Source: an uncultured Bacilli bacterium
Lineage (GTDB): Bacteria; Bacillota_I; Bacilli_A; RF39; UBA660
Direction of reading: 5' to 3'
NCBI GenBank assembly: GCA_947628785.1
Contig: CANRBE010000001.1
Coordinates: forward strand, 1 to 61,893
DNA length: 61,893 nt
Shown in pieces: positions 1-9,404 of this stretch (its first letter is position 1; every line of letters begins with the position of its first letter). Made by a program: the position numbers and the translations under genes. A model generated the notes under the pieces. It saw only the letters and a program-made list of their open reading frames with translations. It ran no database searches and had not been told where the DNA came from.

Positions 1-61
1 ATTCTATTAAGGTAAATCCTTTTACCTTATCTGTAAATAATACCCCCCCCCATATTGACAT
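1..61 (-). CDS. type IV pilin-like protein, paralog of 51386..52576; only the first 20 codons are inside the window
   Basis: nt 2-118 are a near-exact copy of 52517-52633. The minus-strand ATG at 61 gives MSIWGGVLFTDKVKGFTLIE, identical to the leader and mature N-terminus of the downstream pilin gene. The body lies left of the window. Confidence 0.6.
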   Translation of the reverse strand, partial: MSIWGGVLFTDKVKGFTLIE

Positions 62-98
62 TCTCTTTACACATATTCTTCCTACCTTTCTAGTTATT

Positions 99-127
99 AT
101 ATTATCATAAATTAATATGAATGACAA
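99..127 (-). promoter_or_regulatory. putative sigma-A type promoter of the edge pilin paralog
   Basis: Minus strand: -35 TTGTCA (127..122), 17-nt spacer, extended -10 TGaTAATAT (-10 hexamer 104..99). Confidence 0.4.
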
Positions 128-152
128 CATCATTTCAAATGAAAAAAATTAA

Positions 153-189
153 AATCAAAAAAACCGTTTTATTTATCCAATAAAACAGT
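153..189 (-). terminator. intrinsic terminator downstream of tig
   Basis: Minus strand has a 10-bp stem (ACTGTTTTAT / ATAAAACGGT, one G-U pair) and 7-nt loop, followed by a T7 run. It lies 29 nt after the tig stop. Confidence 0.6.
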
Positions 190-217
190 ATTTTTAATTC
201 AAAATTCAAACAAATAA

Positions 218-1471
218 TTATTCACCTTTAATAATATCAAAAGCTTTTCTTACTTTAACATCATATTCAATCATATCCATACCATGAGTTTGTTTTAATA
301 ACTCATCTTTTTCCATTTGATATTGTTCTAATAATTTATTTAATTCTTCTTCACTTTCTTCTTTAGTAACTTCTATCTTTTCAACTTCAATTATTTTTTC
401 AAGTAATAGCCGAATAGCTACCCTTTTTTCAGCTTCAGAATGCATTTGTTCTTTCAAATCTTCCTCTGAAGAATTAGTAAACTTATAAAACATCTCTAAA
501 GTAAGACCTTGCATTTTTAAATTTTCTTCATATTGACTTAACATTCTATCTAGTTCTTCATGTATCATAATATGAGGTATATCTACTTCCATATTTTTAA
601 TACATTCATCAAGTAATTGGTCTAAATACTTATTATCAGCTTCTCTTTCTTTTCTAGCCATAATATTATCTTTTAAAACTTTTTTTAAACTCTTTTCATC
701 CTTAACACCATCCATAGCTAAATCTTCAAAGAAATCAGCATCTAATTCTGGTAATTTAGTTTCCTTAATTTCATGAACTTTTACTTTAAAAATAGCTGGT
801 TGTCCCTTTAAAGATTCCTCATGATAATCTTCTGGAAAAGTTACAATAACATCCTTTTCTTCATCCTTTTTCATTCCGATAAGTTGTTCTTCAAAACCTG
901 GAATAAAAGTATTGCTTCCAATAGTTAAAGAATAATTTTCACCTTTTCCACCTTCAAAAGGAACATCATCCTTAAATCCTTCAAAATCAATAATAACAGT
1001 ATCTCCATTTTCTACTTTACCATCTTTAGTAATAACTTCCGCAAATCTTTTTCTCATGCTTTCTAAAGAGTCCTCTACTTCTTTACTAGATACCTTAACT
1101 TCATCCTTTTTAACCTTTAAACCTTTGTATTTACCTAACTTAACTTCTGGTTTTAAAGTTAAAGTAAAAGTAAATTCAACATAGTCATCAGTTACTGCAC
1201 TAATAGTACCATCTGGACGAGCTACTATTTCCAAATCCTTATTTTCATCTAACATTTTAGAATAAGCATCTTGAATACATAAATCAGCAGCATCTAACCA
1301 AATATTACCTTGTCCATAATTTTTAATAACTAAATCTTTAGGTACTTTACCCTTTCTAAAACCATCAACTTTGACTTTTTTACTAGCTTTTTTGATAGCT
1401 TCATCAAGACAGTCTTTCCATTCCTTACCTTCTACTTTTATTTTAATTTCTTTTTCATTTTTATTTGCCAT
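218..1471 (-). CDS. tig: trigger factor (peptidyl-prolyl isomerase chaperone)
   Basis: 417 aa with the N-terminal ribosome-binding GFRKGKVP motif and a central FKBP-like segment. GGAGG SD upstream of the ATG. Confidence 0.95.
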   Translation of the reverse strand: MANKNEKEIKIKVEGKEWKDCLDEAIKKASKKVKVDGFRKGKVPKDLVIKNYGQGNIWLDAADLCIQDAYSKMLDENKDLEIVARPDGTISAVTDDYVEFTFTLTLKPEVKLGKYKGLKVKKDEVKVSSKEVEDSLESMRKRFAEVITKDGKVENGDTVIIDFEGFKDDVPFEGGKGENYSLTIGSNTFIPGFEEQLIGMKKDEEKDVIVTFPEDYHEESLKGQPAIFKVKVHEIKETKLPELDADFFEDLAMDGVKDEKSLKKVLKDNIMARKEREADNKYLDQLLDECIKNMEVDIPHIMIHEELDRMLSQYEENLKMQGLTLEMFYKFTNSSEEDLKEQMHSEAEKRVAIRLLLEKIIEVEKIEVTKEESEEELNKLLEQYQMEKDELLKQTHGMDMIEYDVKVRKAFDIIKGE

Positions 1472-1521
1472 AAAATCCTCCTTGTTTCAATAGTATATCG
1501 TATATTATCTATTTTTTCAAG

Positions 1522-3657
1522 CTATTTCATTGCTTCTTTTCTAGATAAATTAAGTCTTCCTCTTTTGTCATAACCTAATGATTTAACAATAATATCATCA
1601 CCAACTTTGACAACATCACTTGGCTTTTCAACCCTTTTAGTATCTAATTGTGAAACATGAACTAAACCTTCACAACCAGGCCATAATTCTACAAAACAAC
1701 CAAACTCTTCGACCTTTACAACTTTACCTGTATATATTTTACCATCGATAACTTCTCTGACAACATCTTTTATCATATTGGCAGTTTTCTCAATAATATC
1801 TTGGTCATAATGATAAATTACTACTCGACCATCATCTTCCAAATCAACTTTGACAGCATTTTGGTCAGTCACACTACTTACATTACTAGCATCCAAGATA
1901 ATTTTAGTAATTGTCTCTCCTCCTCTACCAATGACATCCTTAATTTTATTTGGGTCAATTGTAAATATCATTGTTTTTGGAGCATATTTACTAACTTCTT
2001 CTCTTGGTTTAGCAATAGTATCTTCCATGACATCTAAAATTTCCATCCTAGCTTGTTTTGCTTGAGCTAAAGCCTCTTTTAAAATTTGTTTAGTAATACC
2101 TTTTATCTTAATATCCATTTGAAGTGAACAAATACCTTTTCTTGTTCCCCCAACTTTAAAATCCATATCTCCTAAATGGTCTTCCATCCCTTGAATATCA
2201 GTTAAAATAGTATAATCCTTACCATCACTAGAAGTAATTAACCCCATCGCAATACCAGCTACTGGCGCTTTAATTGGAACACCAGCTGCCATTAAAGCCA
2301 TACATCCAGCACATATAGTTGCTTGGCTAGATGAACCATTAGACTCTAAAATCTCACTTACTACTCTAACCGTATAAGGAAATTCTTCTTCATCTGGCAT
2401 AACTTGAGCTAAAGCTCTTTCTCCTAAGGCACCATGACCTATTTCTCTTCTACCAGGAGCTCCATAACGTCCAGTTTCACCAACTGAAAATTGAGGAAAG
2501 TTATAATGTAACATAAATCTTTTTGTATCTTCTAGACTAACTCCATCTAATATTTGATGTTCACCTAAAGCTCCAAGCGTAACCACCGCTAAACTTTGAG
2601 TTTCACCACGGGTAAATAAAGCTGAACCATGAGTTCTAGGTAATAAATCAATAGCAGTTGATAAAGGTCTAATCTCAGTCATAGTTCGACCATCAGCTCT
2701 AGTTTTTTCCTTAACTACAATCTGTCTAAATATTTCATATTCAATTTCTTCTAACACCAATTTTACTTTGGTAAGTAATTCTTCTAATTCATTTGGTTTT
2801 AGATTTTCGTATTCAGTTTCATATTTAGATACAATATTTTCCTTAATTTCATCAATTTTATTGTATTTTTCTATTTTATCCTTAATTCTTAAAGCATTAT
2901 TTAAATCATCTAAAGCTAAATTTTTAATTTCTTTTTTTAAATCATCTTCGATGACAAGGTGTTCATATTCCATTTTTTCAACACCAATTTCATCAATTAT
3001 CTCTTGTTCAAATTTACATAATTCTTTAATAGCTTCATGACCAAACATCAAAGCTTCTAACATGTCATCTTCTGATACTTCCTTACTTCCAGCTTCAACC
3101 ATATTAATAGCTTCATAAGTTCCAGCAACGGTTAGGTCAATATCTGATTTTTCCATTTCTTCAACAGTTGGATTAATTATCAATTCACCATCAACTCGAC
3201 CTACTTTAACTCCCGCTATTGGTCCATCAAATGGAGCTTTAGAAATACAGGTCGCTAAAGACGAACCAAACATCGCTGTTAGTTCTGGAGAATTATCTTG
3301 GTCTACTGATAAGACTGTATTGACAACTTGTACTTCATTTCTAAAATCTTCTTTAAATAAAGGTCGCATTGGTCTATCAATCATTCGCGCAGCTAAAGTA
3401 GCGTTGTCAGTAGGTCTCCCCTCTCTTTTAATAAAACCTCCAGGGATTTTTCCAACTGAATATAGTTTTTCTTGATATAAAACCATAAGTGGGAAAAAGT
3501 CTGATAAAATATTAGCTTTTTTTGATATAACAGTTGTCGATAAAATAACTGTATCACCATATCTAACTAACACTGCTCCATGAGCTTGTTTAGCTAATTC
3601 TCCATGTTCAACAGTAATAGTTCTTCCTCTAAAATCATAAGTAAAAATTTTCTTCAT
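1522..3657 (-). CDS. pnp: polyribonucleotide nucleotidyltransferase (PNPase)
   Basis: 711 aa with two RNase PH-like cores and C-terminal KH and S1 regions. Sits downstream of rpsO, as in most bacteria. Confidence 0.97.
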   Translation of the reverse strand: MKKIFTYDFRGRTITVEHGELAKQAHGAVLVRYGDTVILSTTVISKKANILSDFFPLMVLYQEKLYSVGKIPGGFIKREGRPTDNATLAARMIDRPMRPLFKEDFRNEVQVVNTVLSVDQDNSPELTAMFGSSLATCISKAPFDGPIAGVKVGRVDGELIINPTVEEMEKSDIDLTVAGTYEAINMVEAGSKEVSEDDMLEALMFGHEAIKELCKFEQEIIDEIGVEKMEYEHLVIEDDLKKEIKNLALDDLNNALRIKDKIEKYNKIDEIKENIVSKYETEYENLKPNELEELLTKVKLVLEEIEYEIFRQIVVKEKTRADGRTMTEIRPLSTAIDLLPRTHGSALFTRGETQSLAVVTLGALGEHQILDGVSLEDTKRFMLHYNFPQFSVGETGRYGAPGRREIGHGALGERALAQVMPDEEEFPYTVRVVSEILESNGSSSQATICAGCMALMAAGVPIKAPVAGIAMGLITSSDGKDYTILTDIQGMEDHLGDMDFKVGGTRKGICSLQMDIKIKGITKQILKEALAQAKQARMEILDVMEDTIAKPREEVSKYAPKTMIFTIDPNKIKDVIGRGGETITKIILDASNVSSVTDQNAVKVDLEDDGRVVIYHYDQDIIEKTANMIKDVVREVIDGKIYTGKVVKVEEFGCFVELWPGCEGLVHVSQLDTKRVEKPSDVVKVGDDIIVKSLGYDKRGRLNLSRKEAMK

Positions 3658-3704
3658 ATATCCTCCTATATAAATAAAGACACTTAAAAAATAAGTGCCT
3701 ACTT

Positions 3705-3974
3705 TTATTTTCTTAATCCTAAGCTTTTAATAAGCTCACGATATCTTGCTACATCCTTATTCAATAAGTATTTTGACATATTTCTTCTTTGACCAACTTT
3801 TTTAAGTAATCCTCTTCTTGAATGAAAATCATGTGGATGTTCTTTCAAATGTTCAGTTAGTTCATTTATTTCAGCTGTCAAAATAGCTATTTGAACTTCT
3901 GGAGAACCAGTATCTTTCTCATTACGAGCATATTTTTTTACAATTTCTTCTTTTTGTGCTTTAGTTAAAGCCAT
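3705..3974 (-). CDS. rpsO: 30S ribosomal protein S15
   Basis: [12 protein letters not shown]... with [14 protein letters not shown]. The ORF-track start at 4034 is a spurious extension; the ATG at 3974 gives the expected 89 aa. Confidence 0.95.
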   Translation of the reverse strand: MALTKAQKEEIVKKYARNEKDTGSPEVQIAILTAEINELTEHLKEHPHDFHSRRGLLKKVGQRRNMSKYLLNKDVARYRELIKSLGLRK

Positions 3975-4089
3975 AAAAAATTCTCCTTTCTTAATCATTC
4001 GCTTAATTTGAGAAGTAGTCGGAGATACTAACAACTAAAATTAAGTACATTAATAATATACATGATGTTTTTAAAATATGCAAGTATTT

Positions 4090-4860
4090 TTAATAAATTT
4101 TTAGTAAGTATTGGCTTAAAATATCAAAATTAAAACCTGTTAAAACAAATATAATAGCAGCTATAGCTAAGAAAGGACCAAAAGGTACTTCGTGATTAGA
4201 TTTTCTACTTACCATAATTAAAGCAATTGGTAGTCCTATTATCGATGCTACAAAAATACTTAAAATAGTCGTTAAAATTCCAAAAAACATTCCATAGATA
4301 AACATGAGTTTGATATCTCCACCACCCATGGATTCTTTTTTAAATAAGAAATCACCTATTTTTTTTATTCCCCACATTAATAAAAAGCAAACAACTCCTG
4401 ATAAAACCGACTTACCTAAACCAAGTAAACCACTTTTTATTCCAATTAAAATTGCTAATAAAAATATGGTTACTATAAGCACTTCATCAGGTATAATCAT
4501 AGTTTGATAATCACTTATTATTATTATTAATAACATCGAAATAAAAGTCAAACTGATAAACAAATCAATTGTAATTCCAAATTTCAAATAACATAAACAA
4601 AATAGGACCCCTGTCAATGCTTCAAACAAGCAATAGAAAGGGGATATTTTTTGTTTACAATTTTTACATTTTCTACCTTGAATTAAATAAGATACAATAG
4701 GTATTAATTCAATAGGTGTTAAATAATGATTACAATTAGGACAGTGACTAGCTGGACTTACTATCGACTCTCCTCTTGGTAAACGCCAAGCTACTACGTT
4801 GTAAAAAGAGCCTAAAACAGTTCCAAAGATAAAGAACACCACGGCATAATATACTGTCAT
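4090..4860 (-). CDS. prepilin peptidase (A24 family, PilD/ComC-like)
   Basis: Polytopic membrane protein with N-terminal CPNC...CKNC zinc-binding pairs and a GGGDIKLM active-site motif. Immediately downstream of the PilC-like gene. Confidence 0.9.
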   Translation of the reverse strand: MTVYYAVVFFIFGTVLGSFYNVVAWRLPRGESIVSPASHCPNCNHYLTPIELIPIVSYLIQGRKCKNCKQKISPFYCLFEALTGVLFCLCYLKFGITIDLFISLTFISMLLIIIISDYQTMIIPDEVLIVTIFLLAILIGIKSGLLGLGKSVLSGVVCFLLMWGIKKIGDFLFKKESMGGGDIKLMFIYGMFFGILTTILSIFVASIIGLPIALIMVSRKSNHEVPFGPFLAIAAIIFVLTGFNFDILSQYLLKIY

Positions 4861-4870
4861 AAAATCCCCC

Positions 4871-7150
4871 CTATTGCATGTTTTGAACAGATTGATATAA
4901 GTTAAACATTGGAATAATAACCGCTAAAATAATTACACCAACTACTACCGTTAAAAATATTGTAAGAATTGGTTCAATAAAGGTTTTTATTCTTGTAACA
5001 TTTGTTTTTTCAAGACTTTGATAATATGCTGATACTTTAGATAACATATCTGGTAACTCACCTGTTGCTTCACCAGTACAAATCATTTCATAAGCAGGAA
5101 TTGGGAATGCCCAGTTACCTTCAAACGCATCAGATATTTTACCACCTTTAGCTAGGTTTGATACAACATCTAAAATCATCATTTTATATATTTCATTGCT
5201 AGTTATTTTGTTTAATATTTCAAGACACTCTGGTATTGGAACATTGTGGGCAAGTAAAGAACTAAATGTTTTAGTAAAAGTTGCCACTTCACTATATATC
5301 ATTGTATCACCAATTGCTGGTATATGCATAACAACCCATTGATTAAGAGTTCTAAAAAATCTGTTCTTTTTATATAATAATAACCAAATAGCTATTATTA
5401 AGACTATAACAATAACCATAGTAATTATATTATTTTGTAAGAAGAAACTAACACTCATAACTAATTTAGTAAAGCTTGGTATCTCAGTTCCATCCATAGT
5501 ATTATATATATCTACAAATCGAGGTACAACAAACATTAAAATGAAAGTTATAACACCTAATGCAAATATTCCGACAATAGTTGGATAAGTCATAGCTGTT
5601 ACAAATTGTCTTCTTGTTTCTTCTATTTCGGTATAATAATCAACCATATCATCTAATACTTCTGGTAATTCACCAGTCATTTCAGCTGTTTTAACCATGT
5701 TAATTAACAATTTTGGAAACGCAACATTTTGTTTTTCTAAAGCTGTTGAAAAATTTTCACCCATTGTTAATTCATAGATAATTGAACGGAATATTTTTTC
5801 GTATTTTTTCTGTTTTACAAATTGCCTTGATAATATTCTTAAAGATTCAACTAAGGTAATACCAGCTTTTAAATAGGTTGATAATTGAGCTAAGAAGAAT
5901 ATTAAATCTTTGCTTTTAAATTTTACTTTATTGACATCAGACCCACCATGAAGTAAGGTTATCCATTTATTAGTTTTAATACTATATACTTCATATCCTT
6001 CACTTAACAAGAATGAATGGACTTCAACTCTTGAATAAGCTTCAAAGTATCCTTTAACAAATTTTCCTTCTTTGTTTTTAGCTTCGTATTCATAAACTAA
6101 TTTAACGTCACTTTTCTTAGCTTCATCACCTTCAAAATCGATAAGTAAAGCTTGTCTATTTATATCTCGTCTATTTCGAGCATTTTTAATAAAACTGTTA
6201 TTTAAGAATACTCCCGCTATTTTTTTAGGTATTTTATTAAATTCTTTTAGTTTGTCAGATAATACAGCAAAGGTATTTGGTTTTTCTTTTTCAATATCTT
6301 CATTGATATATGCTTCTTGATTTTTTTCTCGAGCTTCTTTTAAAGCTTTCTTATGGTCAAGTTTTTCTTGTTTTTTTCTTTCTTTAGCTTGTTTCTTTTC
6401 TTCAATCTTACGTTGTTTTTCTTTTTTTCTTTCTTCAGCTGACATAGCTTTTCGTTTGATTTTTTCTTCTTCACTACGATTACGATTTCTAATTTTTTCT
6501 ATTTTTTGTTGTTTTTTAAGTTCTAGTTTTTCAGCTTGTTTAGCTTTCTTTGCTTCTATAGCTTGAATTCTTTTTTGTCTTGCTTCTTCTTTTTTTGCTC
6601 TTTTCTCTTCTAAAGCTATTTGTTTTTGACGTTTTTTCTCTTCTTGTTCTGGGGTTAGTTTTTTCTTTTGTTTTTTAAGTTCTAATTGTTTAGCTTTTCT
6701 TTCTTTTCTGGCTTGAATTCTTTTTTGCCTTGCCTCTTCTTTTTTAGCTTTCTTCTCTTCTATTTCTTTAAGTTTCTTTTGTCTTGCTTCTTCTTTTTTA
6801 GCCTTTTTTTCTTCTAAAGCTTTAAGTTTTTTTTGTTTGGCTTCTTCCTTAAGCATTGCTTGATGTTCTAATTTAGCCTTCTTTTGTTCTTCTTTTAAAG
6901 ATAACAAAGCCGGTTCCGTTTTCACTGAACCTGTTATATTTTCATTCATTTTGCCTTTTTTCTTATGTTTTGCTTCTATTTTTAATTGTTTTTGGTTTGG
7001 AATTTGTTTATTAGTATTTGATCCTTTTGGGTTTATTAATAAGAAAAGGAATTGAAAAGGAATTGATATTATAAATAATAATCCTTTTGCAATATACTTA
7101 AATGTTCTATAAATTAAAATACAAATTCCTAAAAACAATCTTTGTATCAT
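4871..7150 (-). CDS. type II secretion / type IV pilus platform protein (GspF/PilC family) with a ~340-aa N-terminal membrane anchor plus Lys/Glu-rich extension
   Basis: The C-terminal ~415 aa show the duplicated GspF architecture (LAQLSTYLKAGITLVESL..., 3 TM segments). The N-terminal third is a KKAKKEEARQK-type repeat region. Confidence 0.85.
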   Translation of the reverse strand: MIQRLFLGICILIYRTFKYIAKGLLFIISIPFQFLFLLINPKGSNTNKQIPNQKQLKIEAKHKKKGKMNENITGSVKTEPALLSLKEEQKKAKLEHQAMLKEEAKQKKLKALEEKKAKKEEARQKKLKEIEEKKAKKEEARQKRIQARKERKAKQLELKKQKKKLTPEQEEKKRQKQIALEEKRAKKEEARQKRIQAIEAKKAKQAEKLELKKQQKIEKIRNRNRSEEEKIKRKAMSAEERKKEKQRKIEEKKQAKERKKQEKLDHKKALKEAREKNQEAYINEDIEKEKPNTFAVLSDKLKEFNKIPKKIAGVFLNNSFIKNARNRRDINRQALLIDFEGDEAKKSDVKLVYEYEAKNKEGKFVKGYFEAYSRVEVHSFLLSEGYEVYSIKTNKWITLLHGGSDVNKVKFKSKDLIFFLAQLSTYLKAGITLVESLRILSRQFVKQKKYEKIFRSIIYELTMGENFSTALEKQNVAFPKLLINMVKTAEMTGELPEVLDDMVDYYTEIEETRRQFVTAMTYPTIVGIFALGVITFILMFVVPRFVDIYNTMDGTEIPSFTKLVMSVSFFLQNNIITMVIVIVLIIAIWLLLYKKNRFFRTLNQWVVMHIPAIGDTMIYSEVATFTKTFSSLLAHNVPIPECLEILNKITSNEIYKMMILDVVSNLAKGGKISDAFEGNWAFPIPAYEMICTGEATGELPDMLSKVSAYYQSLEKTNVTRIKTFIEPILTIFLTVVVGVIILAVIIPMFNLYQSVQNMQ

Positions 7151-7267
7151 TTAATACACCTTCCAATCTCCTCTACTATTCTAGACTAAAAAGATTATAA
7201 CATATTTTTGATTTTTTTAAAACATTTTTTGCATATTTCATATAATATTTTAGAAAGGAGTTGTTAT

Positions 7268-7630
7268 ATGAACTTTTATAATCCTTATTTTTACAGTAAT
7301 CCAATTACTAATGCAGCCACTTCTAACTTGACACGTCCTGGACTATTTCGGTCTTTATTTTCTAGAGGTTTAGGTAATTTTTCTTTGGCAAATTTATTAA
7401 ATGGTGCCCAAAGAACTTTAAATGTCGCTAACCAAAGTATTAATCTGGTAAGACAAGTTCATCCTATGATTAACAATGCTAAAACAATGTTCAAAGTAAT
7501 GAATGAATTTAAAAAAGATGATAATGCTTCTTTAAAAAAACCAACTAATTTTGAAAATAAGGTCAGTACTAACGATAGTGAAGTTATCGAAACTCCTTCA
7601 AGTTTTAGTGGTCCTACTTTCTTTCAATAA
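7268..7630 (+). CDS. YqfQ/VrrA-like small protein
   Basis: AGGAG SD precedes the ATG at 7268; the ORF-track TTG at 7208 is rejected. The LLNGAQRTLNVANQSINLVRQVHPMINNAKTMFKVMNEFKK pattern resembles Bacillus YqfQ, from memory. Confidence 0.55.
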   Translation: MNFYNPYFYSNPITNAATSNLTRPGLFRSLFSRGLGNFSLANLLNGAQRTLNVANQSINLVRQVHPMINNAKTMFKVMNEFKKDDNASLKKPTNFENKVSTNDSEVIETPSSFSGPTFFQ

Positions 7631-7649
7631 AACCTTTTTAGGTTTTTTT
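7629..7649. terminator. short bidirectional hairpin between convergent genes
   Basis: AAAACC-TTTTTA-GGTTTT followed by a T run. Sits between the stop of 7268..7630 (+) and the stop of 7648..7995 (-). Confidence 0.4.
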
Positions 7650-7995
7650 AATTGGTTTCTTTAGCAATATCTCCTAAATATTTAAATACTTCATTGATGC
7701 CATTTGTTATGGTTTTAGATATTTTTTTAGATAAGTTTAGACCTAAATTGGATAAATCATTATCATAGCTAGGTAATTCATCTTTAACATATTCTTCAAC
7801 ATCGATATCTTTTCCTTCTTTTATATCTTGTTCAAATTTTTTTATTTCTTCGTCTGTTAAAGCTACTTTATCATGAATTTTATATTCATAATAACCTGTT
7901 GCTTGAGAAAAGTATAAAACGGTAAAACCAATAAAAATTATAATAAAAAGACGTTTAAAAAATTGATATATTTTTTTTCTTTTTTCTTTTTTCAT
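7648..7995 (-). CDS. small membrane protein, positional equivalent of YqxA (downstream of spoIIP)
   Basis: 115 aa with one N-terminal TM segment. The start overlaps the spoIIP stop (ATGA coupling). The YqxA assignment rests on position only. Confidence 0.6.
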   Translation of the reverse strand: MKKEKRKKIYQFFKRLFIIIFIGFTVLYFSQATGYYEYKIHDKVALTDEEIKKFEQDIKEGKDIDVEEYVKDELPSYDNDLSNLGLNLSKKISKTITNGINEVFKYLGDIAKETN

Positions 7996-8966
7996 AATTC
8001 CTCCAAGTATTGTTTTATTACATCACTTAAAGCTTCCATGGTATTGTATACTTCTAAAGTTGTGTTTTTATAACCACCACATTCAATTAAAATTATTTTT
8101 TCACTTAAATCTTGGTTATATATTCCATTGACATTTTTTCCTTTTTTCTTCATTATTCCTCTACTTAAACCAGGATATTTTTTATTTATTAATTCATTTA
8201 GTTTTTCTGATAATTTCAAGTTTTTTTCAAAGTTTTTATGTTCTTGTCCAATTACAAAAAGAACTTTTGCATAATTTTTTTTATCGATAGTAATGGTACT
8301 ACTTTTTTTTGGTATAGCATCTCTATGGATATCAATTAATAAATCTAAGTTTTGATATTTATTTAAGGCATCTTTAATAAAATAACTACTAGCTTTATAA
8401 CTGTTTTGATAATTCCAACCTTGACTATTTAAAAATGTCGTCATATCTGATGTTTCTACTACGGTAGTTATTTGTTTTTTATTTAGGTTTTCCCTTAACA
8501 TATATGAAGCCATCATAACATTAGGAGTTATATTATACTCTTCCAAATTTTCTTTACTATATCCTTCTAATTGATGAGTATTATATAAATATACTCTCGG
8601 ATTATCTTGTGTTTCTGGTTTAGGGTCATCAATATATTCTGTTGATTTTGATACTAAGTTTAAATCACTTGCGGTATCTATTTTTTCATGATAAAAGTTT
8701 TCAAGTAAATATGAGGGTTGTTTATTTATTAATGTTTTTAAATTGGTTTTTACTTTAGTCATTAATGAAGTAGGTTTTTTTTCTAAAATATAATTTTGTT
8801 GTTCTAATAATTGTTTAACAAATTCTTGATTAGAACTTGCTAGTTTTATTTTATTTATTGATGTATATAAAAAATATATTATAAAAAGTATTATACATAG
8901 TATTATTATTTTAAATACCAAAGGAAAAAAATATATTCTTTTTCTTGGAACAAACTTTTTGGCCAC
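7992..8966 (-). CDS. spoIIP: stage II sporulation protein P (SpoIIP-type cell wall amidase/endopeptidase)
   Basis: N-terminal TM, then LIDIHRD...VLFVIGQEHKNFEKNL...YPGLSRGI...GIYNQDLS...ILIECGG, the characteristic SpoIIP motifs. Confidence 0.85.
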   Translation of the reverse strand: MAKKFVPRKRIYFFPLVFKIIILCIILFIIYFLYTSINKIKLASSNQEFVKQLLEQQNYILEKKPTSLMTKVKTNLKTLINKQPSYLLENFYHEKIDTASDLNLVSKSTEYIDDPKPETQDNPRVYLYNTHQLEGYSKENLEEYNITPNVMMASYMLRENLNKKQITTVVETSDMTTFLNSQGWNYQNSYKASSYFIKDALNKYQNLDLLIDIHRDAIPKKSSTITIDKKNYAKVLFVIGQEHKNFEKNLKLSEKLNELINKKYPGLSRGIMKKKGKNVNGIYNQDLSEKIILIECGGYKNTTLEVYNTMEALSDVIKQYLEEL

Positions 8967-9035
8967 ATAATCACCTTCTTTATTATATGTTTTATTTTAT
9001 AATATTAGAAGGTATTTTTTTGTCAAAAAAATGTT

Positions 9036-9059
9036 AAAAAAAAGAATACTTATGTATTC
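9036..9059 (-). terminator. intrinsic terminator at the left end of module copy A
   Basis: Minus strand GAATAC-ATAA-GTATTC followed by T8. Conserved in copy B (50798..50819). Confidence 0.55.
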
Positions 9060-9177
9060 TATAAAAAAAACTAGTTTAGTTATTTTATTTTTATGGTTTA
9101 ATTTATACTGATATTTTTTTACTTAATAATGTTTTAAAATCTGTCGAATTAAGTCGAACGTTTTTTCATATTTTTTA

Positions 9178-9207
9178 TTGACTTTTTTTATTATTATATG
9201 TTAGTAT
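9178..9207 (+). promoter_or_regulatory. possible promoter for the plus-strand small-ORF transcript
   Basis: -35 TTGACT (9178-9183), 18-nt spacer (19 in copy B), TGtTAGTAT extended -10 (9202-9207). The spacer is longer than optimal. Confidence 0.35.
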
Positions 9208-9294
9208 ATCTTACTGAGACGTACTTTACTTTCAAGGGGTTTTCGGTATTTTCCCTTTTTATTTTAATTTTAAGATAGAAAGGTGATGATGCTT

Positions 9295-9402
9295 ATGAAA
9301 ATTTATTTTATAAGCTTTAATAAATATTATAAAACATCAAGATTTAACATCTTAGACTTTATTCTATTTATCATCAATGTTTACTTCAAAATAAAAAGAT
9401 AA
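9295..9402 (+). CDS. 35-aa aromatic/hydrophobic peptide MKIYFISFNKYYKTSRFNILDFILFIINVYFKIKR (candidate type I toxin-like peptide)
   Basis: AGAAAGGTGAT SD lies 7 nt before the ATG. The ORF and SD are 100% identical in copy B (51046..51153). Below the ORF-track length cutoff. Confidence 0.5.
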   Translation: MKIYFISFNKYYKTSRFNILDFILFIINVYFKIKR

Positions 9403-9404
9403 AC

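Noticed and set aside
1801-3040. Plus-strand ORFs 1801..2037, 1850..2065 and 2768..3040 inside pnp
   Set aside because: They are antisense shadow ORFs within a well-supported PNPase gene. Their Ser/Ile/Phe-rich low-complexity translations are typical of the reverse strand of AT-rich coding DNA. The same reasoning applies to 4304..4507, 11194..11376, 15454..15666, 16075..16425, 23988..24206, 26660..26917, 27575..28173, 28689..28919, 29521..29721, 33296..33508, 37664..37849, 42169..42402, 44480..44662, 46732..47076, 51607..51795, 52410..52625 and 58087..58311.
6300-6900. Repetitive DNA in the PilC-like gene, considered as a possible CRISPR array or non-coding tandem repeat
   Set aside because: The repeats are irregular in length, lie within one continuous ORF, and translate to Lys/Glu coiled-coil repeats. 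There is no repeat-spacer periodicity and no cas genes.
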